From Diplonema japonicum (lineage: Eukaryota > Protista > Euglenozoa: Diplonemea), in assembly GCA_964019335.1 (NCBI GenBank), contig OZ025654.1, forward strand, positions 806,001-870,000: 64,000 nucleotides of DNA, read 5' to 3'. A model generated the notes under the pieces. It ran no database searches. It was not told the DNA's origin and saw nothing but the letters and a program-made list of their open reading frames with translations. Positions 11,468-22,707 of this stretch are shown here, piece after piece; position 1 is the stretch's first letter; the number at the start of each line of letters is the position of its first letter. Made by a program: the position numbers and the translations under genes.

Positions 11468-12105
11468 ATAGGAGGGGGGGGAACAAAAAAGATCCTTGTT
11501 TTACAACTTTGGACCAGTGTTTGTCATTGTGTATCTTGGTTAAATTATTTTAACCGCTGGCACAAAACCATACTTTCCCCAGTGAATTTTGTTTTCCCTT
11601 TCCTGATGGTCGTTGCAAAGCCAGGTTTTGCTTGGCTGAATGCACGGCCAACACAAGCGTTCCTTTTATTTCTTACACCGAAGGGCTGAGTTTGTTTGGA
11701 AGATAGCTGCCGTATTTTTAATTTTTTAGAATTTTAAAGTCAGACCCAGAATTTTGCTTAGGTTTTCCTCCGACACCTCAACATATTTTCGCTCAAGAAA
11801 AGAAAAAAAGATGAAGAAGATTCCCACAAATTCTCGGTTTTCATTCGAAAGTTGAAGCTTCTTTTGCGCTTTTTATTTTATTTGTTTCCTGATTGTATTA
11901 TTACTTACTAATGATATCAGTATCCTGTCAGTACTAAAAGGCTATTCTCCTTGCAGCGCATTTGAGCGCTCTAAGAAAAAGAAAAAAAAAAAAAAAAAAA
12001 AAAGAATAGGTGCCACTTCCTTGTTTTCTTCGTTTTTCTTTCTTCACTTTTGCGCTTTCTCCCCAAAGATATTTCATTGTGTACCACAGGTGTTCACTTA
12101 AAGAA

Positions 12106-14145
12106 ATGCTGTTGCTTGTGACGTTAAGCTTATCCACAGCAGCAATGGTCACACACCCCCGCCTCCGCAATGCTGGTGTAATCGAGTATCTAGCAAGCAC
12201 AGACGCAACACCCCGCTACTTGCGCAAGGAGTGGCGTATGGACTGCCCGTCGCTTGTGCACTTTGAATGGGACAAGTTCGAGCTTGACGGTGGGCACGAC
12301 TTCCTGGCCATCCACCACGCCGAGGGGACCTACGAGGTTACAGCAGGCACCGTCGGCACGCTCGAAGGGCCCATCTCATTGGAATTCTCTACAGAAGGTT
12401 CCGGCAGGTCTAGTTTCCGTCTTCACTGGTCGTGCGTGGCTGCACCTCCTGCTTCGCTTCTACCTGCCCTCCCACGCTCCTCCTCCTCCAGCTCCTCGTC
12501 ACCTGCAACAGTCCTCTCTGGTCGGAACGGCGAGCTTGACTACCCCGGGTCGGGGGCTGTGAACAAGAACAACGCGCGTGCGGAGTGGGAGATCGGGTGC
12601 ACGGAGCGGGTGTACCTCTCGTGGAAGCGGTTCGACATGGAGGACAAGTTCGACACGCTGCGGATCAAGCACGGGAGGGGGGAGACGTACGAGGTGACGG
12701 GGCGGAGCCAGGCGAGCGTGCTGCAGGGGCCCTTGGTGCTCGCGTTCACGAGCGACTACGCGGTGCAGAAGACCGGGTTCAGCTTTCGATGGTCGTGCGG
12801 GGAGGAGATTGTGCCGCCTGCTGTGGGGGAGGGGGCGACAGGGTGGATCAAATACCCGGAGCAGGGGGAGGTGTACCCGAACAACGACCACCGGGAGTGG
12901 CACGTGAACTGCCGGGACTCGGTGGAGCTGGCGTGGGAGACGTTCGACGTGGAGGACGGCTACGACTTCCTGAGGATCCACCACAGGCACGGGACCTACG
13001 AGACGCCGCGCTGGTGGTGGGACCTCGACACCGTGTTCCAGGGCCCTCTGAAGTTCGTCTTTGTCAGCGACTCCGACATCGCGATGGAAGGGTTCTCTGT
13101 GCGCTGGACCTGTGGGAAGGGGGACAAGGAGGACAAGAACAAGAACAAGAGCGAGGGAGGGGCAGAGGCGGAAACAGAGAAGCAGATCCGACAGGACGCG
13201 GAGGAGAAGGAGCTGGCGAAGAAGCGGGCGGTAGAGGCAGTGGTGCACAGGGACCACCTCGGATGCTTCAAGGCGGAGCCGATGTTCCTGACGGAGCAGG
13301 CCGGGAAGGGGACAGCGGAGACGCCTGCGGAGTGTGTGTCGACGTGCACGGACATGGAGTACGACTACGCGGGGCTGCTGGAGGGGAAGGAGTGCTGGTG
13401 CGGGCACGGGACGGAGAAGTCGGTGAAGACGGCGACGGCGGAGTGCGACATGCAGTGCAGCGGGGACAGCGGGGAGAGGTGCGGTGGGAGGTCGCGGTTG
13501 AGCCTGTACTCCCTGCAGGGGACGGTGGAGGAGGAGGAGGAGAAGAAGAAGCAAGAAGCAACACCCTTGCTGCGGGTAGGGTGCTTCAAGGAGAAGGAGA
13601 CGGCGAAGGTGTTGAACCGGTTGGCCTACTCGAGCGGGTCGAACACGGCGGAGGAGTGCGTGTCGGCGTGCCTCTGGAACGGGTTCCAGTACGCGGGGGT
13701 GGAGGCGGGAGAGGAGTGCTGGTGCGGAGACGGGGTGGCGGGGGCGGAGCGCACGGCAACGACGGAGTGCGACCTCCCCTGCCCCGGGGACGAGAGCCAG
13801 TGGTGCGGGGACGGGCACAGGTCTTTGGTGTTCGCGACGGACAAGAGCAAGGCTGCCCCGACGACGGCACCTGCGGTGAAGTTCGAAGGCTGCCACGCTT
13901 ACAGCGAGCTGCCCGTCCTCGCCTACAGGTCCCGGAAAGGAAACACAGTCGAGGAGTGCACCGCCACCTGCTTCCACAACGGCTACACCTACGCTGGGCT
14001 GCAGTACAGGAGCGAGTGCTGGTGCGGGAACAGCCTCTCCTCCAACACGAAGGTCGCCGACAACATGTGCCGCATGCCCTGCAGCGGTGACTCCTCCCAG
14101 AGCTGCGGCGGCGCCCACAGGGACTCTGTCTACAGCAAGGCTTGA
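12106..14145 (+). CDS. Secreted protein with 3 CUB-like and 3 WSC domains, copy 1 (679 aa)
   Basis: ATG at 12106 gives signal peptide MLLLVTLSLSTAA. CUB-like units (W..FD.E..YD.L ... FTSD.....GF...W). WSC units (LGCF...EC...C....YAG.....ECWCG.....C..PC.GD....CGG). No TM segment. Confidence 0.88.
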   Translation: MLLLVTLSLSTAAMVTHPRLRNAGVIEYLASTDATPRYLRKEWRMDCPSLVHFEWDKFELDGGHDFLAIHHAEGTYEVTAGTVGTLEGPISLEFSTEGSGRSSFRLHWSCVAAPPASLLPALPRSSSSSSSSPATVLSGRNGELDYPGSGAVNKNNARAEWEIGCTERVYLSWKRFDMEDKFDTLRIKHGRGETYEVTGRSQASVLQGPLVLAFTSDYAVQKTGFSFRWSCGEEIVPPAVGEGATGWIKYPEQGEVYPNNDHREWHVNCRDSVELAWETFDVEDGYDFLRIHHRHGTYETPRWWWDLDTVFQGPLKFVFVSDSDIAMEGFSVRWTCGKGDKEDKNKNKSEGGAEAETEKQIRQDAEEKELAKKRAVEAVVHRDHLGCFKAEPMFLTEQAGKGTAETPAECVSTCTDMEYDYAGLLEGKECWCGHGTEKSVKTATAECDMQCSGDSGERCGGRSRLSLYSLQGTVEEEEEKKKQEATPLLRVGCFKEKETAKVLNRLAYSSGSNTAEECVSACLWNGFQYAGVEAGEECWCGDGVAGAERTATTECDLPCPGDESQWCGDGHRSLVFATDKSKAAPTTAPAVKFEGCHAYSELPVLAYRSRKGNTVEECTATCFHNGYTYAGLQYRSECWCGNSLSSNTKVADNMCRMPCSGDSSQSCGGAHRDSVYSKA

Positions 14146-14712
14146 TCGTTAGGGTTTGCCGCTCTCTTTCTTCCCCACTTCTCCATTATCAGTGAATCCC
14201 CTCTAGACACATTCCCTTCTATTTCTTTTTTGAAGGGTGGTACCCAAGTGGGACTTGCCCTTTAACATCGCCTTTTTTTCTTGTTTCCCCTTTTTTTTAC
14301 AACAAATCAGTCCTGGATCTCATTGTAAATGAGTCCCACGTCTTTCTTTCCGTTCCCAGTGAATAAAAGTTGGCTCAAAAATATTGTTCTTTGAAGAGAG
14401 GGGGTGATATGGGTTCTAAAGTACTTAGAAAAAAACACGAAATTTTTCAAACGACAATTTATTGTGCTTCCGTGCGCATCAGGTTCACTTAGTATAATAC
14501 GAAGGGGCACCTTTCGTATAATTACAATTCGCTTTATTTTTATTTTTAAGAAAGAAAGAAACTGATACATTTCGGTGTGCGGGGGGTGCGCTCATCGTTT
14601 AAAAATAATAATAATAAAAATAATAATAATAAGATGCTGCACAAACGTTTGCATTTGCGTCCGGCCTTGTTTGAAGGAGGTTGGCTTGCTGTAAAGACTT
14701 CTTTTTTCTTTT

Positions 14713-15100
14713 CTACTTGACTATGAGCAGACCACCAGCCGGTCACTCATAGGTCCCCTTGACGACCAAGACCTGCTCGCGGAGAAGGCCGCAAGGATGC
14801 GATACATCTTGGGTCGCATCCAGAAATGCTCAGCACGCTGTGGAAGGTCAGCCTTCCCCGCCAACGCCAAATCAAGGGTGCATACCCTTCGACATCTTGG
14901 GGGCCCGACGGCACACGGCTACAACAGGAGACCACTCTTCTCCTCGAGCCAAACCCCCCTACCTAGCACGACTCCAAGCAATGTTTCTCGCCCAGATGCC
15001 GTCCATCTCATCGCGACAAACAGCCACCGCAGGCACCAGACAGCGTTAGTGTGAATTTCAACCTGAACAGTGAGCACCCCCATGCACACTGAAATTTTAT
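14713..15100 (+). mobile_element. 3' fragment of a non-LTR retroposon (family R2)
   Basis: Translates LDYEQTT..KAARMRYILG..AFPANAKSRVHTLRHLGG..GYNRRPLF, homologous to the C-termini at 38.3 kb, 43.4 kb and 62.5 kb. Near-identical copy at 60995-61323; partial copies at ~45580-45790 and ~52062-52285. Confidence 0.75.
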
Positions 15101-15476
15101 CGAGTTTTCTTTCCGCAAACCCGCAAAAATAGATCGAGTTTTCTTCTTTTTTTTTTTTTCCTCTTTATCTTTCTTTCTTTTGTTTCTCCAATTATTCTAA
15201 TGCAGTTAGAGTAGAAGTGAAACCTGTAACTTGTCAGCCTTTTGTGCCTTGCAGATCATTCCTTCTATTGTTTTGTTTTCTCGCACTTTGCTCGAGCAAA
15301 ATACCGAGATTACAAGTCACACTTTTTATTTGTATGTCCCCCCCTTTATCTAAGCAAAAGAAAAGAAAATGAACACGGACAGCATGACTGTTTGCTCCCA
15401 CTGTAGGTGAAAACAGCGGCTTTCGCTACATTCCGGCCCCCCTCTCATTTGGAAATAACTGTGAAATATATATTAA

Positions 15477-15800
15477 GGTGGTGGGGATAACATGAAAATA
15501 TAAGAAAAACATCAGATGTATTGTTCGCTGTTGACCTCCTCGTCGGTCATCACCGGTAGCGCCCGAGTGGAAGAACATAATGCAGATGCTCAGGGTGACG
15601 AACAGGCAGCAAACTGCACGAGCGCAGAATCTTGGTTACCCGGGACGCACCGGCTGGGGTTGAGCTGTACACCACACGCATTAAGGACACGACGCGGAAA
15701 GCAGAAGAAGCTACAACTCGGCCGCGGTGCATCCCCTGTAATCAAGTAGACAGTTCTTGTGCAGGGCGCTGCCAACACCGGCCTCCTTTAACTCATATAT
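15477..15800 (+). mobile_element. ~325-bp short retroposon (family R1), full-length copy
   Basis: Starts GGTGGTGGGGATAACATG and ends CCTCCTTTAACTCATATAT; near-identical to 63546-63870. Confidence 0.8.
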
Positions 15801-15990
15801 ATATATATTTTTTTTTTCTCTTTTTTTTTTCTTCTTTTTCTTTTGTAATCAAGTAGACAGTTCTAGTAGTGCAAGAACGAGTCTTTGACTTGTCTAAACA
15901 AAAGGGGAACGTTGGCAACGTGTTTCGGGTTCAAACTTCTCCTGGTTTTACCGGCACGTACAACAACGGCCCTCTTTTTTTTCCCCCCCC

Positions 15991-16175
15991 GGTGGTGGGG
16001 ATAACATGAAAATATAAGAAAAACATGATGACCTCCTCGTCGGTCATGCTCAGGGTGACAACAGGCAGCAAACTGCACGAACACAGAATCTCTCGGCCGC
16101 GGCGCGCCCCCTGTAATCAAGTAGACAGTTCTTGTGCAGGGCGCCGCCAACACCGGCCTCCTTTAACTCATATAT
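15991..16175 (+). mobile_element. Internally deleted R1 copy
   Basis: Same 5' and 3' ends as 15477-15800, with internal deletions. Confidence 0.75.
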
Positions 16176-16374
16176 ACATTTAAATATATATATATTTTTT
16201 TTTACTCCTCATCTCTAAAACCTTTTTGGCACTTGTGTCGGGGCGTCCTAAAGAGCCGCGTTCAAGGGAGGTTTAAACCATGTCAAATTTTAAGTTTTTC
16301 GGAAAAATTCAGAAGGTACAGGGAGACAACAGGCCAGGTACCAAACTGTGGTCACCTTTTTTAAAAATGCAAAG

Positions 16375-16543
16375 TACTGTAAAACAAAAATCCACCGGAA
16401 GAAAAAAAGGGAAACGGAAACGGAAACGTTTCCACGTTTCCTTACGTTTCCATAAGAATTTTGAAAAGTATGGAAACGGAAACGTTTCCACGTTTCCTGC
16501 CAGCGTAGCCAGAAGGAAACGTGTTTCCCTAAACACTGTAAAA

Positions 16544-16581
<38 letters not shown>

Positions 16582-16640
16582 GGAAGATAAAATGTCCAGA
16601 CCGCCGAAACATCCTGCGATTTTTTTCTTCCGGACATATA
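16375..16640. repeat. Two terminal fragments of the TA-MITE family (see 43990-44770) with a GGAAAC repeat between them
   Basis: TACTGTAAAACAAAAATCCACCGGAAG at 16375, and ACTGTAAAAC..CCGGAAGATAAAATGTCCAGACCGCCGAAACATCC at ~16535-16615. Confidence 0.6.
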
Positions 16641-17259
16641 TATATATATATATATATATGGACATTTCTTTTTTCTTTTTTTTTGGGGGGGGGGGGGGGG
16701 GGCACTTTTCTATTAACTGCTTCTACAGAAGTAGTTTAAGGGGTAAATAAGAAAAAAAAAAAAAGAAGAAAAAAAAAGAAGAAACTTCGTCTCTTCCAGT
16801 TGCCTCAAGTGATGGGGCTTCACGTTGTTGCTTTGCTTTGCTTTGCTTTTTTTTTTTTTTTTTTTTTTTTTTTTCCCGATAAGAAACCAAGGTAAGTGAT
16901 TTATCGAGGTGGACCTCCAGACATTCGCAGCGGCGGCTATATGTGCTGGAACAAAATGCTTTGGCACAGAAAGAGAAGAAAAGAGATTTCCCAGTCTATT
17001 GACACCCCAGTCTCTTTCTTTTTCTTTTTCTCGCCTAGCTTCTCCTCCCATCCCTACCATCATCAATGGAGATGGTGATTCTATCTGTCTCGCCGAAAGG
17101 ACAAAAGCAATCCCCCACAACCAACCTTCCCATTTTTATTCATTCAATTCTTAATCTTGATTCTGTTTTTGATTCTTCTTCTTCATCTTCATTCTTCCCC
17201 ACAGGCTTTTTTTTTAAATAAATAAATAAATAAATAAAAAAAAAAAACGAGAAAATAAA

Positions 17260-19299
17260 ATGCTCTTCCTTGTAGCAACTCTGTTAACGAGTGCCGTTTC
17301 AACAACTGTCGTTCTTTTGGAAGGAACACAGGGTGTCCTAGAGTACCCCAGGAAAGGCGTCTCGCGACCGATAAACGACCGCAAGGAGTGGCTCGTGGAC
17401 TGCCCGTCGCTTGTGCTCTTTGAATGGGACAAGTTCGAGCTTGACGGTGGGCACGACTTCCTGATGCTCCGCCACGCTGAGGGGACCTACGAAGTGACGG
17501 GTGGTACTAAGGGAACACTGCAAGGCCCTGTGTCGTTAGTTTTTTCCAGTGATCGTGAAAGCAGGTCCGGCTTCAAAATACGTTGGTCTTGCATCCCTGT
17601 ACCCTCGAAGTCACCCCCACGCAACTCTTCTACCTCTTCCTCCAGCTCCTCGTCACCTGCAACAGTCCTCTCTGGTCGGAACGGCGAGCTTGACTACCCC
17701 GGGTCGGGGGCTGTGTACAAGAACAACGCGCGTGCGGAGTGGGAGATCGGGTGCACGGAGCGGGTGTACCTCTCGTGGAAGCGGTTCGACATGGAGGACA
17801 AGTTCGACACGCTGCGGATCAAGCACGGGAGGGGGGAGACGTACGAGGTGACGGGGCGGAGCCAGGCGAGCGTGCTGCAGGGGCCCTTGGTGCTCGCGTT
17901 CACGAGCGACTACGCGGTGCAGAAGACCGGGTTCAGCTTTCGATGGTCGTGCGGGGAGGAGATTGTGCCGCCTGCTGTGGGGGAGGGGGCGACAGGGTGG
18001 ATCAAATACCCGGAGCAGGGGGAGGTGTACCCGAACAACGACCACCGGGAGTGGCACGTGAACTGCCGGGACTCGGTGGAGCTGGCGTGGGAGACGTTCG
18101 ACGTGGAGGACGGCTACGACTTCCTGAGGATCCACCACAGGCACGGGACCTACGAGACGCCGCGCTGGTGGTGGGACCTCGACACCGTGTTCCAGGGCCC
18201 TCTGAAGTTCGTCTTTGTCAGCGACTCCGACATCGCGATGGAAGGGTTCTCTGTGCGCTGGACCTGTGGGAAGGGGGACAAGGAGGACAAGAACAAGAAC
18301 AAGAGCGAGGGAGGGGCAGAGGCGGAAACAGAGAAGCAGATCCGACAGGACGCGGAGGAGAAGGAGCTGGCGAAGAAGCGGGCGGTAGAGGCAGTGGTGC
18401 ACAGGGACCACCTCGGATGCTTCAAGGCGGAGCCGATGTTCCTGACGGAGCAGGCCGGGAAGGGGACAGCGGAGACGCCTGCGGAGTGTGTGTCGACGTG
18501 CACGGACATGGAGTACGACTACGCGGGGCTGCTGGAGGGGAAGGAGTGCTGGTGCGGGCACGGGACGGAGAAGTCGGTGAAGACGGCGACGGCGGAGTGC
18601 GACATGCAGTGCAGCGGGGACAGCGGGGAGAGGTGCGGTGGGAGGTCGCGGTTGAGCCTGTACTCCCTGCAGGGGACGGTGGAGGAGGAGGAGGAGAAGA
18701 AGAAGCAAGAAGCAACACCCTTGCTGCGGGTAGGGTGCTTCAAGGAGAAGGAGACGGCGAAGGTGTTGAACCGGTTGGCCTACTCGAGCGGGTCGAACAC
18801 GGCGGAGGAGTGCGTGTCGGCGTGCCTCTGGAACGGGTTCCAGTACGCGGGGGTGGAGGCGGGAGAGGAGTGCTGGTGCGGAGACGGGGTGGCGGGGGCG
18901 GAGCGCACGGCAACGACGGAGTGCGACCTCCCCTGCCCCGGGGACGAGAGCCAGTGGTGCGGGGACGGGCACAGGTCTTTGGTGTTCGCGACGGACAAGA
19001 GCAAGGCTGCCCCGACGACGGCACCTGCGGTGAAGTTCGAAGGCTGCCACGCTTACAGCGAGCTGCCCGTCCTCGCCTACAGGTCCCGGAAAGGAAACAC
19101 AGTCGAGGAGTGCACCGCCACCTGCTTCCACAACGGCTACACCTACGCTGGGCTGCAGTACAGGAGCGAGTGCTGGTGCGGGAACAGCCTCTCCTCCAAC
19201 ACGAAGGTCGCCGACAACATGTGCCGCATGCCCTGCAGCGGTGACTCCTCCCAGAGCTGCGGCGGCGCCCACAGGGACTCTGTCTACAGCAAGGCTTGA
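17260..19299 (+). CDS. Secreted protein with 3 CUB-like and 3 WSC domains, copy 2 (679 aa)
   Basis: Signal peptide MLFLVATLLTSAVS. Essentially identical to copy 1 from 17638 onward; the first CUB-like domain is divergent. Confidence 0.9.
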   Translation: MLFLVATLLTSAVSTTVVLLEGTQGVLEYPRKGVSRPINDRKEWLVDCPSLVLFEWDKFELDGGHDFLMLRHAEGTYEVTGGTKGTLQGPVSLVFSSDRESRSGFKIRWSCIPVPSKSPPRNSSTSSSSSSSPATVLSGRNGELDYPGSGAVYKNNARAEWEIGCTERVYLSWKRFDMEDKFDTLRIKHGRGETYEVTGRSQASVLQGPLVLAFTSDYAVQKTGFSFRWSCGEEIVPPAVGEGATGWIKYPEQGEVYPNNDHREWHVNCRDSVELAWETFDVEDGYDFLRIHHRHGTYETPRWWWDLDTVFQGPLKFVFVSDSDIAMEGFSVRWTCGKGDKEDKNKNKSEGGAEAETEKQIRQDAEEKELAKKRAVEAVVHRDHLGCFKAEPMFLTEQAGKGTAETPAECVSTCTDMEYDYAGLLEGKECWCGHGTEKSVKTATAECDMQCSGDSGERCGGRSRLSLYSLQGTVEEEEEKKKQEATPLLRVGCFKEKETAKVLNRLAYSSGSNTAEECVSACLWNGFQYAGVEAGEECWCGDGVAGAERTATTECDLPCPGDESQWCGDGHRSLVFATDKSKAAPTTAPAVKFEGCHAYSELPVLAYRSRKGNTVEECTATCFHNGYTYAGLQYRSECWCGNSLSSNTKVADNMCRMPCSGDSSQSCGGAHRDSVYSKA

Positions 19300-19855
19300 T
19301 CGTTAGGGTTTGCCGCTCTCTTTCTTCCCCACTTCTCCATTATCAGTGAATCCCCTCTAGACACATTCCCTTCTATTTCTTTTTTGAAGGGTGGCAAGTG
19401 GGACTTGCCCTTTAACATCGCCTTTTTTTTTTTAAATTTGTTGGTTCTTCTAATTCGCAGGATTGCCTAAAGGCATCTCGCGGCATGCAGCGAATAATAG
19501 GGGCAGGGGTACTGTCTTTCTTTGAAATGTTTTTTAGCGGCCGTTGCCAACCACTTCGTTCCTATCATAGTGAGTTTTCTTTTTCCTCTATTTTTAACAA
19601 AGATACTGTGGATACGAATTAATTGCATTTGGAGATGATTTAGAGATATTTGAAAAGAGGGTTGCCGCTCCAAATGCTGAAAAAAAACCCTTTTTGTTTT
19701 TTTGAAAGGCCCCCCCCCCCCCATTTGTTCCTCTTTTTTTAAAAAAGAATTAACGTAAACTGCTTCCCCCCCCCCCTAATTATTTTCGAAAAGTACAAGG
19801 CTTCACTACTTTTAAAGGAATTAAAAAAGACAAGAAGAGTGGGAGAATTGAATAT

Positions 19856-20070
19856 GAGCCGCCCGGCCGGATTAAAATGTCAATACCTTTTTTTTTTTTT
19901 TTTTTGGGGCTTTTTAAGGGCAGTATTTTCCCAACCCCATTTTAATAGTGGAGAACCTAAATAACCCCTTAAGTTTCACAGATTTTCCGTCTGCGTCCAT
20001 TCCTTCTCGCTTTTCGTTGATTCATTTGAAATAAGATATAGAGTCTGGGTTATTTACAATTTTCGAATGC

Positions 20071-20103
<33 letters not shown>

Positions 20104-20295
20104 CCATATTAAAAAGCATATTTTTTGCACGCCGTTTTAAAAATGAAACAAACGGGGCGCATTGTGACCAATAATGGTTTTAATAATATGGTTTTAATAA
20201 TATGGTTCTTATGGTTTTAATAATGGTTCAGTTTTAGCCATTCTACACAAAAAGTGGTTTTTTACTTGACTCAATAATTTTCTTTGGATGAGCTC
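19856..20295. mobile_element. Deleted copy of the GAG..CTC non-autonomous DNA transposon (ATAT target)
   Basis: ATAT|GAGCCG...GAGCTC|ATAT. The interior matches 48412-49427 and 55297-56134; short AATATGGTTTTAAT tandem repeats at ~20170-20228. Confidence 0.75.
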
Positions 20296-20815
20296 ATATA
20301 TGTATATCAAAAAAAAAAAAAAGAAAATGTTAAAGCGCTCTTTTCGTATGAACATTATTTTTTTTTTTATAAAAAAAAGGAGAACCGCTAACCCACTCAG
20401 TGGAAGTGCTTTCGTCATCAAAAAAAGAAAAAAATGCGGCAAATACCTCCGAGGAAAGGGGTGGTCTTGGATCTATTCCCCCCTCCTTCCCGTCTTTCTT
20501 TCTTCTCTCTTTTTTTTTTCCACTGTCATTTTCTTTTCAAAGGAGCTATCGAACCCTGCCTAGAGCTGCTTCGATGGGACTCCTGTGTGAGGATTTGAGC
20601 CTTCGTTTTTCTCCTTTATTCCCATTCCGTCTTTTTTGAGGGGGGGGGGGGGGGGGGGGTGACATAGATCATTGAACGGCAGGTTCCTCCTTTCCTTCTT
20701 TTAATATTGCGGCTTTGTGAATGGTAGTTGACGCCCCAGGGCACTAAGCTCTCTCCCCCGCTACTTCACGAAAAGACTGATTGTCTGAGGTGAATAGATT
20801 TTTTTTTTTTTCTAA

Positions 20816-22707
20816 CGCTCCATATTCGCTAAGTGACCCACCAGAACCCGCATTTTGAAGAGCTAAAAAATTTCTAATTGCTTTAGCAACTCCTGGAACA
20901 AGGGGGCCTGGCAAGTGAGCACAGTAACCACTCTACCACACAGGAATTCAAAACTCTGACCCCCCATCTTACTCACGCACCCGTTAGTGGGTGGAGTAGG
21001 TTCCCTTCTTTTCACACCAGATATCCTCTGCGATACACACTCACGACGTGCCTCAGCCCATCAACACTGTGATGAAATAAACACAGAATAAGAGATGAGA
21101 TAGAGGAGGTTCCTGTTCTGGAACGTCCTTGTCTACTTATCTCTACTTATCTACCTCTTTCCCTGTTCTCGAAGTCTAGTACGAGTTCCATTGTGGTGAC
21201 TCGTCTTCCTCGGTCCATCGTACTACTTCAGCTTCCTGAGCTACTTGATAATGTCTTCTCCGTGCTTCATCATCAGGCTCCCGCTCACATGCTTCTTCAG
21301 CTCCTACCACTCAGGTGGTGCGCATGAGCGTTTCCTTCCGTTATCTGTTCCAGGGGTGCGTCGTGTACGTTTCTAGTACACTGAAGAGTAGGGGTCACCA
21401 GAAAAATCTTTTCTTCAGACGCTTGATCCACCCGAAGTAGAACAGCAGGAAGGGGAGAAGGAGGAGGAAGGGGGAGGAGATACTGATGTCTTCTTCTTTA
21501 CTTTCTGTTGTCGCTACTGTCTTTGCTGCTACTGCTGGTGCTGTTGCTGCTGTTACTGTTGTTGCTGCTGCGTTGGGGAGGTTGTCCATGTCCTCTGTTG
21601 TGCCTCGGGTGGCCCTCCTCTGCTTCCTCGGTCTTCTGCTTCTTGAGATGAGGCTGGGGCCATCCTTTGTTTTTGCCTGCTTATGGCACTTCCACTGTTC
21701 GCGATCCTGTCCATCTGGAGTCCTCGTTGTCTGAGGTTTTTTGTTGGCTGGAAGGGCTTGCTTTCCCTTCGAGTTGCCCGTGTGCTCTCAGGAGTAGGAA
21801 GTATTCTCCGGTCGTCGTCACTGCTTGTTTCATAGTCTCCGTTCCGTCGTCAGGCTGGTCATCAAACCAGGGCACGCGGGTCAAGGATCTTCCAACGCAA
21901 ACGTGACCGGTGATCGGTGTAATTCCCACATAAGTACCTTCCAAGCAGAAATAACTTCTGCCCCAAAGGCAACGTCACTTTCAAATGACTATGCCACTGT
22001 GGTGGACGGCGTAGACGCGCATCTGTCTCTTCAACTATAAACTCCCCTACGGAACCCTCTTTGACCTTCTCGTCATCTCCACCCATTTGTATTTGGTGAT
22101 TACGGCCGAAGTGCAGAGGACAGGACTGTTATGCTGACTAACAACTAACAATCTTACAATGTTGGGCTGTCCTTCCCTCAAAACTGCACTTTTCTTCAAC
22201 TAGACTCCCACAAGCTTACGAAAAGCTTTTGCGGAAACACCGGTTCAGGCTGCCGTTTCTCCCCTGTGGTGAGCCTAAAAAAATCCGCTGGAGTGGGGTT
22301 TGAACCCGCTTCGCCTAGGTACAGGGCAAAGCCCTCCCAACTAGACTACTACGCCTTTGAAAATATTTTCGGCTGAACTACTGGTCAGGAAGATGCTGGC
22401 TTCTGGGATCGAACCCTGTTAACCATGTTTTTCAAAGGGAAAAGTGCCCAGTTGCAAAAGTTTGGCAAAAATGGCCAAAACTCAAAATGGTGACTTCCAA
22501 GGTCATTTTGGTTGGCCCCCAATATTTTTTTTTCTTGGAAAATCTTTTTTGGAACTTCCTTGGAACTCACCGTTCTTTCATGTTCGACATATGGATTTTT
22601 TGAAAAAAAAAAATTCAATGAACCTTTGGGCATTTTTGACATTTTTTCCCCTATAGCCATTTATAACCCCTTTGGGACATAGGGCGGGTCACTTAGCGAA
22701 TATAGCG
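20816..22707. mobile_element. TIR-bounded non-autonomous element carrying degenerate coding-like and tRNA-like cargo
   Basis: Perfect 18-bp inverted repeat ATATTCGCTAAGTGACCC (20822-20839) / GGGTCACTTAGCGAATAT (22686-22703), extended by CGCT..AGCG. TA on the right flank only. Confidence 0.65.
22284..22355 (-). pseudogene. tRNA-like sequence (Tyr GTA-like loop); pseudo-tRNA or SINE head
   Basis: Minus strand has box A-like TAGTCTAGTTGG, stem TTTGCC/GGCGAA around CTGTACCTA, box B GGTTCAAACCC and a downstream T7 run. The acceptor stem does not pair. Confidence 0.45.

Noticed and set aside
12010-12105. Upstream GTG/TTG starts given by the ORF track (also 8285 and 38769)
   Set aside because: In a eukaryotic host these extensions run through pyrimidine tracts; downstream ATGs give proper signal or TM N-termini.
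12499-14118. Long antisense (539 aa) and alternative-frame (501 aa) ORFs over the CUB-WSC genes, also at 17653-19272
   Set aside because: Shadow ORFs of GC-rich, codon-biased coding sequence; low-complexity translations with no motifs.
20960-22150. LTR retrotransposon
   Set aside because: Coding-like debris, but no paired LTRs, PBS or recognisable RT/integrase motifs.
22284-22355. Functional tRNA-Tyr gene
   Set aside because: The acceptor stem does not pair, the anticodon loop is oversized and the T-stem has a mismatch.
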